Source: Raillietiella orientalis (Eukaryota). Taken from it: DNA of 64,000 bases. Below are positions 1-13,448 of the stretch, one piece after another (position 1 is the stretch's first letter; each line of letters starts with the position of its first letter). The stretch is from positions 434,001-498,000 of the forward strand of contig JAYWIR010000033.1 of assembly GCA_036172245.1 (NCBI GenBank), in the 5' to 3' direction. The notes under the pieces were generated by a model. It did no database searches. It saw nothing but the letters and a program-made list of their open reading frames with translations, and was not told the DNA's origin. The position numbers were made by a program, and so were the translations under genes.

Positions 1-2161
1 TCGGTCAACAGTAGCTTCGACGCAGAGAGGACGCCAATGTAACACCCAGGTACTTGGCCTTGTTTACCGTTCGGAATCCTCTCCCCGCTAGAGCAAAGAG
101 ATCGAGGATTCCAACGAGCAAGAGCTGACTTTTCTAGGCGTTGATATTTAGACCCAGGCCTTGATCCATCAGGTCCACCACATCCAGAAACGCTCGTTGG
201 TTTCTCTCTCCCTTGATAAGGAAGAGTGGATCATCAGCGTTTGCCAGATAAGTAGGACGCTGGCCATCGATTATCATGCCTTGCAATCGTCCGCACTTCT
301 ATATAAAGGACGACAACGTCTCCATATAGATAACGAACAGCATCGGACTTAGCGAATCGCCCTGTCGGACTCCTCGTTCCATCCTGATTGCTGCCGTCTT
401 CTGGCCGTTGATCTTGATCCGGCAGTACTGGTTCTGGAGTACCGCCCTCACGAATTTGCTGAAGTGTTCCGGAAGCCCTAGCTTCTCCAGAACCTTCAGC
501 AGCATCCCGTGGTCGATGGAGTCGAAGGCCTTCTCCATGTCAGTGAACACCAGCACCAGGTTCTCGCCGACGTATCCACTGAGTCCAACAGTGGCCTGGG
601 CACACTTGACATTGTCCGACATGTGTCGTCCTGGGACTGCAAATGTCTGGAACGGAGAGATCAGCCTCGACATGACCTTGCCTAAGCGGTTGGACCAGAT
701 CTTCCCCAACCACTTGGCATCGGAGTTTAGAATCGAGATTGGCCTCCATTGGGCGATCTCGGTAGAGTCGCCTCCTTTCGGCAGCAATCTCATCCGACTC
801 TCGTAGAAGGACTGAGGTAGTCTGCCTTCTTCCCGGATGCAGAGGGTCAACTGGTGGAACAAGCGCAGGTAGGCGTGCAGGTACCGCTGATAGTGCGTGA
901 TGGGTACACTGTCAGGGCCTGCTGCCACGTCCTTGCGAAGTTGCCCAAACGCAGTCTTCACCTCTTCTTCGGAGAACTCCTCCTCCAGTCTGTTCCGCTG
1001 GAGGTCGTCGGTCCTCTTCTCGAGATAGCTCAAGAAGGCCTGTTGACTAGAGCGACACAGCTGTTGTCGCCTGAAGTGTTTCGTGTAATGCCTGTGAAAG
1101 GCATCCACGATGTCCTCAGACGACTGTCGCTTTCGGCCGTCGTACTGGATGCAGAAGATATCTGTTGCCAGATTTCTCTTCTCCAGCACGCCGACTTCCC
1201 CTTTTATGTTATTGAGGACGTACCCACTCTCGTACTGATCGAAGTACTTTGAGAGGGAGCGATCTCGGATGTTCAGCTCCCGGTACGCCTCTTGCCTCGA
1301 GCGCCTATCCCCGAACTGCATGTTCGCAAACAGGTGTATCCTTTGTTTCAGGCTGTCTCAGTCGGCGACTCTTCGGATTGTTGTTGCCTTCAGAATCGTC
1401 TCCAGGACAGCCTGATTTCCGGGATGGGTTTCGAACCAGGCAGGCATGCTGATGAGCGCCGCCCTGGTGCCTTGCCTTCGCCGAGGATTGTCCGTTCTTA
1501 GGGAAAACCGCACCAGGGGGTGATCGGACACCGTGGTCATAATGTCTCGAAAACCCTGGATTCGATTCCTAAGTTCGGTGCTGTGCAGGACGTGATCGAT
1601 CGGCTTGTGACTTGCAGTTCGACACACCAGTCCGAACTCGTCGGATAACCGCCGATACGCCGTCCTTCCTCTGGCGTCTTCGGAGTGAGTGATCTCATCC
1701 AATATGTTGAGATCGCCAGCAACAATCACGACGTCCTTGGAAGCAACCTTTTCACGGAGTGCTGCATGCAGCGCCTCCGTACAACGATGTTTTAGCCTGT
1801 GCGGTCCGTACACGTTCACCAGGATGAGGTGAACAGTAGCGGACCAGGCGAGTCGCACGCCGATGATTCGTCCGGGTTGGGGTCAGAACACTTTCAGAAT
1901 AGTGGGGGCCAAGTTGTTCTTTATTAGGACCGCCACTCTCTGCGTGTTCCGTTCTCCCTCGCTGACGAAAATCTGCCCGTTGAATCGCCGTTCCATTTGC
2001 TTGCTAATCTCGAGACCCATCTTGTGGGTCTCCTGCAGGCACACTATGTCTTGTTGTGCGATGGTCCGCACAATCCTTCTTCTTTTTCCCTGGTCGACCA
2101 TACCGTTTACATTTTAGGAGGCGATGTTCAGCCTCCTGGCGGTCGATAGGGAAGAGGCCAT
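1..2161 (-). pseudogene. A1 ORF2 (APE endonuclease plus RT), disrupted
   Basis: Motifs LQETH, GDLN, IDH, SDH, WRPISILN, DMEKAFD, GVRQGDSLSP. The SWN codon has become a stop and there are frameshifts. Confidence 0.9.
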
Positions 2162-2174
2162 AAAAGGGGAAGAC

Positions 2175-3962
2175 CTATTTCTTGGCCTTCCTGAGCTTCT
2201 TCTGTCTGAGAGAGCGTGCTCTTCCAGACAATGAAGAAGCAGCGGGCTTCTCGCTGCCGGCGTCACTCTCATTTCCGGTGAGGTCGGTGACTTCCGCCTC
2301 GTCCGTCGAGTGTTCGGCCAGCTCGATCAGTTGTCGAGTTAGCGTCTCCATCTGGACCTTGGCGCAGAAGTTCGCCTTTACGTCGAGAAGCTGTTCCTCT
2401 AGCTTTTTGCGTTCAGCGACCTCCACAACCTATGTGATGTTCTCTTGTGCAGTGCAGATCTTCTGCAAGATTTTCTCTTGCTGGGGACCGCTCTGCACCT
2501 CTAGGACTATATTAGCCAGTAATAATAACTCCTCCGTAGATTGCAGGGCCTCCTGCGACGCCGGAGAGGCTAGGGCTTTTTCTTCATCCGCGCCTTCCTG
2601 CGCTACCTCCATCTTCTCGCCTTCTTGCTCTTTACCTTCCAGGATAAGAGGGGTTTCTTGCTCCTTGACGAGCATCCTTTTCTTTCCTTTCTTCCCCACC
2701 TGTATGAAGCCGTCTTCCGATACCGGGACGGCTTCTTTCACCTTCTTCGGCCTTCCTGCCTTCTGAGGCTGTTCCGCCTCCTTGGTGTTTCTCTCTCTCA
2801 CGGGAGAGAGACCTCGAATCCTTCTGCAGTTTGCAAACTCCGGACAGCTCCATTTGGCATGTCCGTGTTTCTTGCAGAAGGAGCACACCTCCGGCTGCGG
2901 GCAGTTTCGGACTTGATGTCTAATTTTGCCGTAGCGGGAACAACGACACGTTGGGCAAGCGCCGTCCCTGTGGCCGAACTGCTTGCACCCGGTGCAGAAT
3001 ATCGGCTGTTGCCGGTAACGCACGTTCACTCCTTCAGATTGTTCGTCAAGAACGGCTAATCCAGGGATCACAGCTCCCTCTTTCAACTTCATTTTGGCGA
3101 TCATGTCGCCAGAAAATATTTTTCCAGAGAAGTTCTGGAATTCAAGGTCCAGAACTTCCCCATACTGCTCCAAAAAGTTCCACACCGTTAGTTGCGGTGT
3201 GAGGATGGAGATGCCGTTCAGAATGACGGTTGTGTATGGCATCTCGCCAACACCACAAACCATCCTCCCTTGTATATTGATCCCCTTCTGGATCAATAGC
3301 TCTCTAATCTCTTCACAGCCTGTGAAGACTGTGAACCCGTTGTTTGCTGGCATGATCGCCTGTATGCGATCAAAATTCATGTCCGTTTTATCGAGGGACA
3401 GATACACCTCCCTGATATTATTGAATTTGATTAGCCCAGTCTTGAAAATGATGGGCTTTACATTCGGCCCTAACTCCACGATCGGTCGATCCACCTTTTG
3501 GACTTTACCGCATAGCGGCTTCCCGAAATTTCTTGGTAGGTGGACACTCGCTTGTCCAGCCGCCACCGACGCATAGGAAAAGGGCTGCGCCGCCGCAGCC
3601 GAACAAGATGGCGTCTCGCCCTGAACCGCGTGGACGCCCGCGGGTCCTGCCTGGGACGCCGCCGCTCCGAGCGCAACCCTCGACGTCGCCACCTTTGCCG
3701 CCGCGGGCGGCACCCTCGGCATCGCCGCCGCAGGCGCGACCTTCCCCGCCGCGGGCACGATCCTCGGCGTCGCCGCCGCGGGCACGACCTCCGCCGTCGT
3801 CGCCGCGGGCACGACCCTTGGCATCGCCGCCGCCGGCGCAGCAAAGCCCGCCGCGGGCGCGAACCTCGGCATGCCTGCCACCGCCTCGCCGTTGCCGCAC
3901 GTTACCTCCATGGCTTCCATGGGGGACGACGGTCTCTCCACTCCTCTTCTAGGTGCCTGCAT
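2175..3962 (-). pseudogene. A1 ORF1, gag-like nucleic-acid-binding protein with a premature TAG
   Basis: CX2CX4HX4C knuckles (CTGCKQFGHRDGAC, CSFCKKHGHAKWSC). Colinear with the intact A2/A3 ORF1. Confidence 0.9.
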
Positions 3963-4129
3963 CCTGGCAGCTGGTCTTGCTGCACGGGACCACTGCAGGT
4001 CTTCCGCCGCGATCTCCTCGGAGCTTCTTTTCTAGTTTCGTTTGGAAAACTTCGCCTCTCCGGGCACACACGAGCACAATGAACTGATTAAGTTGTCAAG
4101 TGCACAATACTTCGAGCCGCGGAGCAAGT

Positions 4130-4145
4130 TCACCGACTCGGCAGG
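4130..4145 (+). repeat. Family A TSD TCACCGACTCGGCAGG between A1 and A2
   Basis: Identical 16-mer at 9769 and 15404; variants at 47329, 52894 and 61230. Confidence 0.9.
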
Positions 4146-4279
4146 GTTCCCCAAGTCCCACAAGGGGTGGGGTAAGTTTATTTTTCTATAAAAATACAAA
4201 ATTTACATTCGCACTCTCATTCACTCAATACAAACATTTTGCACTTGAGGGTCCTTGGGTTGCACTAGAGTTCTGCTTT

Positions 4280-7200
4280 TCAGGAGGGAATTCCAGCTGG
4301 TTGGTCCCGGGCGTCGTCCTGGATCCTCTTCAGGATGAATCGGTACGTCCAGGCGTGGATCTTCCCGCAGTTCCTGATGCCGATTTCCCTCTTCAAGAGC
4401 CCTTGTAGGATCTCCATCGGTGGTGCGGCTCTTCTGGCTTTCCTCATTTTCCACCACCGCACAAGTATGGCGGTGATGAAGAGGGCTATGGTCGTCCTCA
4501 CCATGGGATTGTAACAGGGAACATTACCATCCCCATAAAATATCCCGGCGAGGATCTCCATAACGGACTTGTTGGTAAGTCCTATGATCCTTTTCAGGAT
4601 CAGGCAGTCATGCAGCAGTGTGGGACACGTCAAGACGTGAAGTCTCGTGTCGTCGTCTCCACATGCTGCGCAGTCTCGGTCTTCCCGTCTTCCTGTGAAG
4701 TGCTGCAATCGGGACCCACTCTGGATTCCTCCGTGATAAAACATCAGGAAGTCATCCTGGGTGCCCGGCGGAAGGTCACTCCTCCAGAGCGTCGTGCCGA
4801 TCGCTAACAGGTTGAACCGCTCACTCCCGTAGCGTTCGGTGGCTTCCTGGAGGGCACTGGTGTCACGGTCGTTTTCTTGGATAAGCCTTCGGAGGTTTGT
4901 TCTGGTTACCCTCGACCATGCGAAGTCGTTGTGGTTGAACCACACTTCGCGGGTCCTGAGGGTAAACCTTCCTAACATCATCTCTGTATACCGAAGTATA
5001 CGTGTTTGATGTAGGTAGCCTCCTCGCCTCCACTCCTGGATTTGCAGTAGGGTAACTCTGGACCGCTGGTAGATCCAGCTTCTCGTGTCCGGCGGGACAG
5101 GAAGCACTCAAGGGATCACCAGGATGGACTCGTCCTGCCAGAGTTCCCTGCTTCGCGGCACGATCTTGATCTGGTGCTTCCGCACCAGCCGTTGCTCCCT
5201 CCTCCAGGTCGGGTCGATTGTTATCCATTCCCCTACTTTGCCTAGCAACGCAGTCATCAGGCCTTCCGAGTTGTTAAGCAACAACGCGTAGGCCCTGTGC
5301 GCCGCATACGGCCAGTCATCCCAGTAAGTGGCCATGTCCAGGATGTGTCGCGTATCCATGATTTCCATGGAATGTGCAAGCGACTTCATCCCGGAACCGC
5401 CTAATTCCCTGGGACGACACAGGGGTTTCAGTCTTACTCTTGGACGATAGTGGCCCCAGAGTGTTTTTCTTTGCAGCTTGTCGAACTCCCTAGTAGTGTC
5501 CTTGTTCATCCTCGCGGAGGCCGCCCCGAAGAGCACTCTCGGAAGGAGTACTCCGTTCCATATTGTTGCCTTTCGCTTCATCCCAAGGTCCGTTCGGGTG
5601 TACTTGGCTGCTTCCTTCGCCGTTTTCCCCAGGATTTCTTTCCACAGCAGCTTCGACGCAGAGCCGTCGCCGATGTAGACTCCCAGGTACTTGGCCGTGT
5701 CCACCGTACGGAATCCACTACCCGTTAGAGTGGAGAGATCCAGGATTCCGACGGGCAAAAGCTGGCTCTCTGGGAATTGATTTTTAAGCCCAAGCCCTGT
5801 TCCATCTGGTCCACCACATCCAGAAACGCACGCTGATTTTTCTCTCCCTTGATGAAGAAGAGTAGATCATCGGCGTATGCCAGATGGGTAAGACGCTGGC
5901 TATCGATGGTAATCCCGCTTATTCGTCCGCTCTTCTCGATAAAGGACGACAACGCCTTCATATAGATAACGAACAGCATCGGACTTAGCGAGTCCCCCTG
6001 TCGGACTCCTCGTTCCATCCTGATTGCTGCCGTCTCCTGGCCGTTGATCTTGATTTGGCAGTACTGGTTCTGGAGTACCGCACTCACGAAGTTGCTGAAG
6101 TGTTCCGGAAGCCCTAGCTTCTCCAGAACCTTCAGCAGCATCCCATGGTCGATGGAGTCGAAGGCCTTCTCCATGTCAGTGGACACCAGCACCAGGTTCT
6201 CGCCGACGTATCGACTTAGTCCAACAGTGGCCTGGGCACACTTGACATTGTCCGACATGTGTCGTCCTGGGACTGCACATGTCTGGACCGGAGAGATCAG
6301 CCTCGACATGACCTTGCCTAAGCGGTTGGACCAGATCTTCGCCAACCACTTGGCAACGGAGTTTAGAATCGAGATTGGCCTCCATTGGGCGATCTGGGTA
6401 GAGTCGCCTCCTTTCGGCAGCAATCTCATCGGACTCTCGTAGAAGGACTGAGGTAGTCTGCCTTCTTCCCGGATGCAGAGTGTCAACTGGTGGAACAAGC
6501 GCAGGTAGGCGTGCAGGTACCGCTGATAGTGCGTGATGGGTACACTGTCAGGGCCCGCTGCCACGTCCTTGCGAAGTTGCCCAAACGCAGTCTTCACCTC
6601 TTCTTCGGAGAACTCCTCCTCCAGTCTGTTCCGCTGGAGGTCGTCGGTCCTCTTCTCGAGATAGCTCAAGAAGGCCTGTTGACTAGAGCGACACAGCTGT
6701 TGTCGCCTGAAGTGTTTCGTGTAATGCCTGTGAAAGGCATCCACGATGTCCTCAGACGACTGTCGCTTTTGGCCGTAGTACTGGATGCAGAAGATATCGG
6801 TTGCCAGATTTCTCTTCTCCAGCACGCCGACTTCCCCTTTTAGGTTATTGAGGACGTACCGACTCTCGTACTGATCGAAGTACTTTGAGAGGGAGCGATC
6901 TTGGATGTTCAGCTCCCGGTACGCCTCTTGCCTCAAGCACCTATCCCCGAACTGCATGTTCGCAAACAGGTGTATCCTGTGTTTCAGGCTGTCCCAGTCG
7001 GCGACTCTTCGTATTCTTGTTGCCCTCAGAATCGCCTCCAGGACAGCCTGATGTCCGGGATGGGTTTCGAACCAGGCGGGCATGCTGATGAGCGCCGCCC
7101 TGGTGCCTTGCCTCCGTCGAGGATTCTCCGTTCTTAAGGAAAACCGCACCAGGGGGTGATCGGACACCGTAGTCATAGTGTCGCGAAACCCCTGGATGCG

Positions 7201-7797
7201 GTTCCCAAGTTCGGTGCTGTGCAGGACGTGATCGATTGGCTTCTGGCTTGCTGTTCGCCAGACCAGTCCGAACTCCTCGGATAGCCGTCGATACGCCGTA
7301 TTTCCTCTGGCGTCTTCCGAATGAATGATCTCATCCAAGATGTTGAGATCGCCAGCAACTATCACGACGTCCTTAGATGCGACCTTTTGCCGGAGTGTTG
7401 CATGCAGAGCCTCCGCACAACGATGTTTTAGCCTGTGCGGCCCGTACACGTTCAACAGGATAAGGTGAACAGTCGCGGACCAGGCCAGTCGCACGCCGAT
7501 GATTCGTCCGGGTTGGGGACAGAACACTTCCAGAATAGTGGGGGCTAAGTGGTTCTTTATTAGCACCGCCACACCCTTCGTGTTCCGTTCTCCTTCGTTG
7601 ACGAACATCTGCCCGTTGAATCGTCGTTCCATTCGCTGGCTTATCTCCAGACCCATCCTGTGGGTCTCCTGCAGGCACACGATGTCTTGTTGTGCGATGG
7701 TCCGCACAATCCTTCTTCTTTTTCCCTGGTCGACCACACCGTTTACGTTCCAGGAGGCGATGTTTATCCTCCTGGCGGTCGATAGGGAAGAGGCCAT
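4280..7797 (-). pseudogene. A2 ORF2 (APE-RT-zinc finger), nearly intact
   Basis: SWNVNG, LQETH, GDLN, SDH, HLAYADD, KYLGVYI, CAAC..RLHVLTC across three ORF pieces. Confidence 0.95.
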
Positions 7798-7810
7798 AAA
7801 AGGGGGAGAC

Positions 7811-9598
7811 CTATTTCTTGGCCTTCCTGAGTCTCTTTTGTCTGAGAGAACGTGCTCTTCCAGACAATGAAGAAGCAGCGGGCTTCTCGCTGCCGGCGTC
7901 ACTCTCCGTACCTGTGAGGTCGATAATTTCCGCCTCCTCCGTAGAGTGTTCCGCCTGCGCGATCAATTTTCGAGATAGCGCCTCTATTTCGACCTTGGCG
8001 GAGAAGTTCGTTTTCACCTCGAGAAGCTGTTCCTCTAACTTCTCGCGTTCAGCGACCTCCACCACCTGGTTGATGTTCTCTTGTGCAGTGCAGATCTTCT
8101 GCAAGATTTTCTCTTGCTGAGGACCGCTCTGCACCTCCATGATCTCCTCCGCCAGTGTTGCCAACTCCTCCGTAGTCTGCAGAGCTTCCTGCGACACTTT
8201 AGTGGCTTCCTGTCTCTCTTCCTTCGCGGCTTCCTGCGCTACCTCCATCTTCTCGCCTTCCTGCTCTGGTGCTTCCAGGATTTGAAGAGATCCTTGCTCC
8301 TTGACGAGCATATTCCTCTTTCCCTTCTTTCCCACTTCTATGAAGCCGTCCGCCGACACCGGGACGGCTTTTTTCACTTTTTTCTGCCTTCCTGCCTTCT
8401 GAGGCTGCTCGGCCTCCTTGATGTTTCTCTCTCTCACGGGAGAGAGACCTCGAATCCTTCTGCAGTTTTCAAACTCCGGACAGCTACATTTCGCATGTCC
8501 GTGTTTCTTGCAGAAGGAGCACACCTCCGGCTGCGGGCAGTTTCGGACTTGATGTCCTACTTTGCCGCAGCGGAAACAACGACACGTTGGGCAAGAGCCG
8601 ACCCTGTGACCGAACTGCTTGCACCCGGTGCAGAATACCGGTTGTTGCCGGTAACGCACATTCACTCCCTGGGATTGTTCGTCAATAACGGCCAATCCAG
8701 GGATCACCGCTCCCTCCCTCAACTTCATCTTGGCGATCATGTCGCCAGAAAATATGTTTCCAGAGAAGTTCTGGAAATCAAGGTCCAGAACTTTCCCAAA
8801 CTGCTCCAAGTAATTCCACACCGCTATTTGCGGTGTGAGGATGGAGATGCCGTTTAAAAAGACGGTTGTGTATGGCATCTCGCCAATACCACAAACCATC
8901 CGTCCTTGTATATTGATCCCCTTCTGGATCAATCGCTCTCTAATGTTTTCACAGTCTGTAAAGACTGTGAACCCGTTGTTCGATGGAATGATCGCCTGAA
9001 TGCGATCAAAGTCTATGTCCGTCTTGTCGAGGGACAAAATGACCTCCCTGATGTTATTAAATTTTATTAGCCCCGTCTTGAAGATAATGAGCTTCACGTT
9101 GGGGCCTATTTCCACTATTGGTCGGTCCACTTTTAGTACTTTTCCGCTAAGCGGCTTACCGAATTTCCTAGTTGGGTGGACACTCGCCTGTCCAGCCGCC
9201 ACCGACGCATAAGAAAAGGGCTGCGACGCCGCAGCCGAACAAGATGACGTCGCTCCCTGCACCGCGTGGACGCCCGCGGGTCCCGCCTGGGACGCCACCG
9301 CCGCGGGCGCAAACCTCGACGTTGCCGCGGTTACCGCCGCGGGGGGCACCATCGGCATCGCCGCCGCAGGCGCGACCTTCCCCGCCGCGGGCACGATCCT
9401 CGGCGTCGCCGCCGCGGGCGCGCCCTCCGCCGTCGTCGCCGCGGGCACGACCCTTGGCATCGCCGCCGCCGGCGCAGCAAAGCCCGCCGCGGGCGCGATC
9501 CTCGGCATGCCTGCCACCGCCTCGCCGTTGCCGCACGTTACCTCCGTGGCTTCCATGGGGGACGACGGTCTCTCCACTCCTCTTCTAGGTGCCTGCAT
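7811..9598 (-). CDS. A2 ORF1p, 595 aa: Ala/Pro repeat, putative RRM-like region, three CCHC knuckles, Glu/Lys-rich C-terminus
   Basis: Open from MQAPRRG to KAKK*; same length as A3 ORF1. Confidence 0.9.
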   Translation of the reverse strand: MQAPRRGVERPSSPMEATEVTCGNGEAVAGMPRIAPAAGFAAPAAAMPRVVPAATTAEGAPAAATPRIVPAAGKVAPAAAMPMVPPAAVTAATSRFAPAAVASQAGPAGVHAVQGATSSCSAAASQPFSYASVAAGQASVHPTRKFGKPLSGKVLKVDRPIVEIGPNVKLIIFKTGLIKFNNIREVILSLDKTDIDFDRIQAIIPSNNGFTVFTDCENIRERLIQKGINIQGRMVCGIGEMPYTTVFLNGISILTPQIAVWNYLEQFGKVLDLDFQNFSGNIFSGDMIAKMKLREGAVIPGLAVIDEQSQGVNVRYRQQPVFCTGCKQFGHRVGSCPTCRCFRCGKVGHQVRNCPQPEVCSFCKKHGHAKCSCPEFENCRRIRGLSPVRERNIKEAEQPQKAGRQKKVKKAVPVSADGFIEVGKKGKRNMLVKEQGSLQILEAPEQEGEKMEVAQEAAKEERQEATKVSQEALQTTEELATLAEEIMEVQSGPQQEKILQKICTAQENINQVVEVAEREKLEEQLLEVKTNFSAKVEIEALSRKLIAQAEHSTEEAEIIDLTGTESDAGSEKPAASSLSGRARSLRQKRLRKAKK

Positions 9599-9768
9599 CC
9601 TGGCAGCTGGTCTTGCTGCACGGGACCACTGCAGGTCTTTTGCCGCGATCTCCTCGCCGCTTCTTTTTTTTTTGTTTCTTCTGGAAAACTTCCCCTCTCC
9701 GGGCACACACGAGCACAATGAACTGATTAAGTTGTCAAGCGCACAATACTTCGAGCCGCGGAGCAAGT

Positions 9769-9784
9769 TCACCGACTCGGCAGG
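9769..9784 (+). repeat. Family A TSD between A2 and A3
   Basis: TCACCGACTCGGCAGG. Confidence 0.9.
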
Positions 9785-9872
9785 TTTCCCCAAGTCCCAC
9801 AAGGGGTGGGGTAATTTTATTTTTCTATAAAAATACAAAATTTACATTCGCACTCTCATTCACTCAATACAA

Positions 9873-12800
9873 TTATTTTGCACTTGGGGGTCCTTGGGTT
9901 GCACTAGAGTTCTGCTTTTCAGGGGGAATTCCAGCTGGATGGTCCCGGGCGTCGTCCTGGATCCTCTTCAGGATGAATCGGTACGTCCAGGCGTGGATCT
10001 TCCCGCAGTTCCTGATGCCGATTTCCCTCTTCAAGAGCCCTTGTAGGATCTCCATCGGTGGTGCGGCTCTTCTGGCTTTCCTCATTTTCCACCACCGCAC
10101 AAGTATGGCGGTGATGAAGAGGGCTATGGTCGTCCTCACCATGGGATTGTAACAGGGAACATTACCATCCCCATGAAACATCCCGGCGAGGATCTCCATA
10201 ACGGACTTGTTGGTAAGTCCTATGATCCTTTTCAGGATCAGCCAGTCATGCAGGAGTGTGGGACACGTCAAGACGTGAAGTCTCGTGTCGTCGTCTCCAC
10301 ATGCTGCGCAGTCTCGGTCTTCCCGTCTTCCTGTAAAGTGCTGCAATCGGGACCCACTCTGGATTCCTCCGTGATAAAACATCAGGAGGTCATCCTGGGT
10401 GCCCGGCGGAAGGTCACTCCTCCAGAGCGTCGTGCCGATCGCTAACAAATTGAACTGTTCACTCCCGTAGCGTTCGGTGGCTTCCTGGAGGGCACTGGTG
10501 TCACGGTCGTTTTGTTGGATAAGCCTTTGGAGGTGTGTTCTGGTTACCCTCGACCATGCGAAGTCGTTGTGGTTGAACCACACTTCGCGGGTCCTGTGGG
10601 TAAACCTTCCTAACATCATCTCTGTATACCGAAGTATACGTGTTTGATGTAGGTAGCCTCCTCGCCTCCACTCCTGGATTTGCAGTAGGGTAACTCTGGA
10701 CCGCTGGTAGATCCAGTTTCTCGTGTCCGGCGGGACAGGAAGCAACCAAGGGATCACCAGGATGGACTCGTCCTGCCAGAGTTCCCTGCTTCGCGGCACG
10801 ATCTTGATTTGGTGCTTCCGCACCAGCCGTTGCTTCCTCGTCCAGGTGGGGTCGATTTTGTTCCATTTGCCTGCTCGGCCTAGCAGCGCAGTCATCAGGC
10901 CTTTCGAGTTGTTAAGCAACAACGCGTAGGCCCTGTGCGCCGCATACGGCCAGTCATCCCAGTAAGTGGCAATGTCCAGGATGTGTCGCGTATCCATGAT
11001 TTCCATGGAATGTGCAAGCGACTTCATCCCGGAACCGCCTTCTTCCCTGGGACGACACAGGGGTTTCAGTCTTACTCTTGGGCGATAGTGGCCCCAGAGT
11101 GTTTTTCTTTGCAGCTTGTCGAACTCCCTAGTAGTGTCCTTGTTCATCCTCGCGAAGGCCGCCCCGAAGAGCACTTTCGGAAGGAGTACTCCGTTCCATA
11201 TGTTGGCCTTTCGCTTCATCCCAAGGTCCGTTCGGGTGTACTTGGCTGCTTCCTTCGCCGTTTTCCCCAGGATTTCTTTCCACAGCAGCTTCGACGCAGA
11301 GCCGTCGCCGATGTAGACTCCCAGGTACTTGGCCGTGTCCACCGTACGGAATCCACTACCCGTTAGAGTGGAGAGATCCAGGATTCCGACGGGCAAAAGC
11401 TGGCTCTTCTGGGAATTGATTTTTAAGCCCAAGCCCTGTTCCATCTGGTCCACCACATCCAGAAACGCACGCTGATTTTTCTCTCCCTTGATGAAGAAGA
11501 GTAGATCATCGGCGTATGCCAGATGGGTAAGACGCTGGCTATCAATGGTAATCCCGCTTAGTCGTTCGCTCTTCTCGATAAAGGACGACAACGCCTCCAT
11601 ATAGATGACGAACAGCATCGGACTTAGCGAGTCGCCCTGTCGGACTCCTCGTTCCATCCTGATTGCTGCCGTGTCCTGGCCGTTGATCTTGATCCGGCAG
11701 TACTGGTTCTGGAGTACCGCCCTCACGAAGTTGCTGAAGTGTTCCGGAAGCCCTAGCTTCTCCAGAACCTTCAGCAGCATCCCATGGTCGATGGAGTCGA
11801 AGGCCTTCTCCATGTCAGTGAACACCAGCACCAGGTTCTCGCCGACGTATCGACTGAGTCCAACAGTGGCCTGGGCACACTTGACATTGTCCGACATGTA
11901 ACGTCAAGGGACTGCACACGTTTGGACCGGAGAGATCAGCCTCGACATGACCTTGCCTGAGCGGTTGGACCAGATCTTCGCCAACCACTTGGCATCCGAG
12001 TTCAGGATCGAGAATGGCCTTTATTGCGCGACCTGCGTGAGGTCGCCTCCTTTTGGCAACAATCTCATCCGACTCTCGTAGAAGGACTGTGGAAGTCTTC
12101 CTTCTTCACGGATGCAGAGGGTCAACTGGTGGAACAAACGCAGGTAGGCATGCAAGTACCGCTGATAGTGAGTGATGGGTACGTTGTCAGGGCCCGCTGC
12201 CACGTCCTTGCGTAGTTGACCAGACGCAGTCTTCACCTCGTCTTCGGAGAATTCCTCCTCCAGTCTGTTCCGCTGGAGATCGTCGGTCCTCTTCTCGAGG
12301 TAGCTCAGAAAGGCCTGTTGACTAGAGCGACACAGCTGTTGCCGCCTGAAGTGTTTCGTGTAATGCCTGTGAAAGGCATCCACGATGTCCTCAGACGACT
12401 GTCGCTTTTGGCCGTCGTACTGGATGCAGAAGATATCTGTTGCCAGATTTCTCTTCTCCAGCACGCCGACTTCCCCTTTTATGTTATTGAGGACGTACCG
12501 ACTCTCGTACTGATCGGAGTACTTTGAGAGGGAGCGATCTTGGATGTTCAGCTCCCGGTACGCCTCTTGCCTCAAGCGCCTATCCCCGAACTGCATGTTC
12601 GCAAACAGGTGTATCCTGTGTTTCAGGCTGTCCCAGTCGGCGACTCTTCCGATTGTTGTTGCCCTCAGAATCGCCTCCAGGACAGCCTGATGTCCGGGAT
12701 GGGTTTCGAACCAGGCGGGCATGCTGATGAGCGCCGCCCTGGTGCCTTGCCTTCGCCGAGGATTCTCCGTTCTTAAGGAAAACCGCACCAGGGGGTGATC

Positions 12801-13435
12801 GGACACCGTAGTCATAGTGTCGCGAAACCCCTGAATGCGGTTCCCAAGTTCGGTGCTGTGCAGGACGTGATCGATTGGCTTGTGGCTTGCTGTTCGCCAG
12901 ACCAGTCCGAACTCCTCGGATAGCCGTCGATACGCCGTCCTTCCTCTGGCGTCTTCCGAATGAATGATCTCATCCAAGATGTTGAGATCGCCAGCAACTA
13001 TCACGACGTCCTTAGGGGCGACCTTTGCCGGAGTGTTGCATGCAGCGCCTCCGCACAACGATGTTTTAGCCTGTGCGGCCCGTACACGTTCACCAGGATA
13101 AGGTGAACAGTCGCGGACCAGGCCAGTCGCACGCCGATGATTCGTCCGGGTTGGGGACAGAACACTTCCAGAATAGTGGGGGCTAAGTTGTTCTTTATTA
13201 GCACCGCCACACCCTTCGTGTTCCGTTCTCCTTCGTTGACGAACATCTGCCCGGTGAATCGCCGTTCTATTCGCTGGCTTATCTCGAGACCCATCCTGTG
13301 GGTCTCCTGCAGGCACACGATGTCTTGTTGTGCGATGGTCCGCACAATCCTTCTTCTTTTTCCCTGGTCGACCACACCGTTTACGTTCCAGGAGGCGATG
13401 TTTATCCTCCTGGCGGTCGATGGGGAAGAGGCCAT
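9873..13435 (-). pseudogene. A3 ORF2 (APE-RT-zinc finger, about 1190 codons), two lesions
   Basis: Pieces 13001-13435, 12021-13020 and 9873-12020; YADD present. Confidence 0.95.
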
Positions 13436-13448
13436 AAAAGGGGAAGAC

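Larger units (their letters stand above)
1..4129 (-). mobile_element. Non-LTR retrotransposon (L1/Tx1-like) family A, copy A1; 3' part runs off the window
   Basis: ORF1 3962->2175 has one internal stop at 2430. ORF2 starts at 2161 and is broken (APE 1358-2161, RT 299-1321). The 5' end abuts the TSD at 4130. Confidence 0.95.
4146..9768 (-). mobile_element. Family A copy A2, full length (about 5.6 kb)
   Basis: Bounded by two TSD copies. ORF1 is intact. ORF2 has a frameshift near 5768 and a TGA at 5108. Confidence 0.97.

Noticed and set aside
4165..4185. AAACTTACC resembling the U1 snRNA 5' end (a possible snRNA target)
   Set aside because: There is no further U1 similarity, it varies among A copies, and it is part of the A 3' tail.
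9598..9838. 80-codon N-terminal extension of A2 ORF1 across the A3 3' end and TSD
   Set aside because: It is not conserved: A1 and A3 differ by indels and have a TAG in the 5' UTR. Probably a chance open frame.
299..11897. RT as a bacterial retron, group II intron or DGR enzyme
   Set aside because: An N-terminal APE domain, a CCHC ORF1 and a C-terminal zinc finger define a eukaryotic non-LTR element.
2113..12023. TGG to TAA/TGA stops (about 2115, 5108, 12021) as RIP- or APOBEC-like hypermutation
   Set aside because: Too few cases, and stops are preferentially noticed. A mutation-spectrum count against consensus would be needed.
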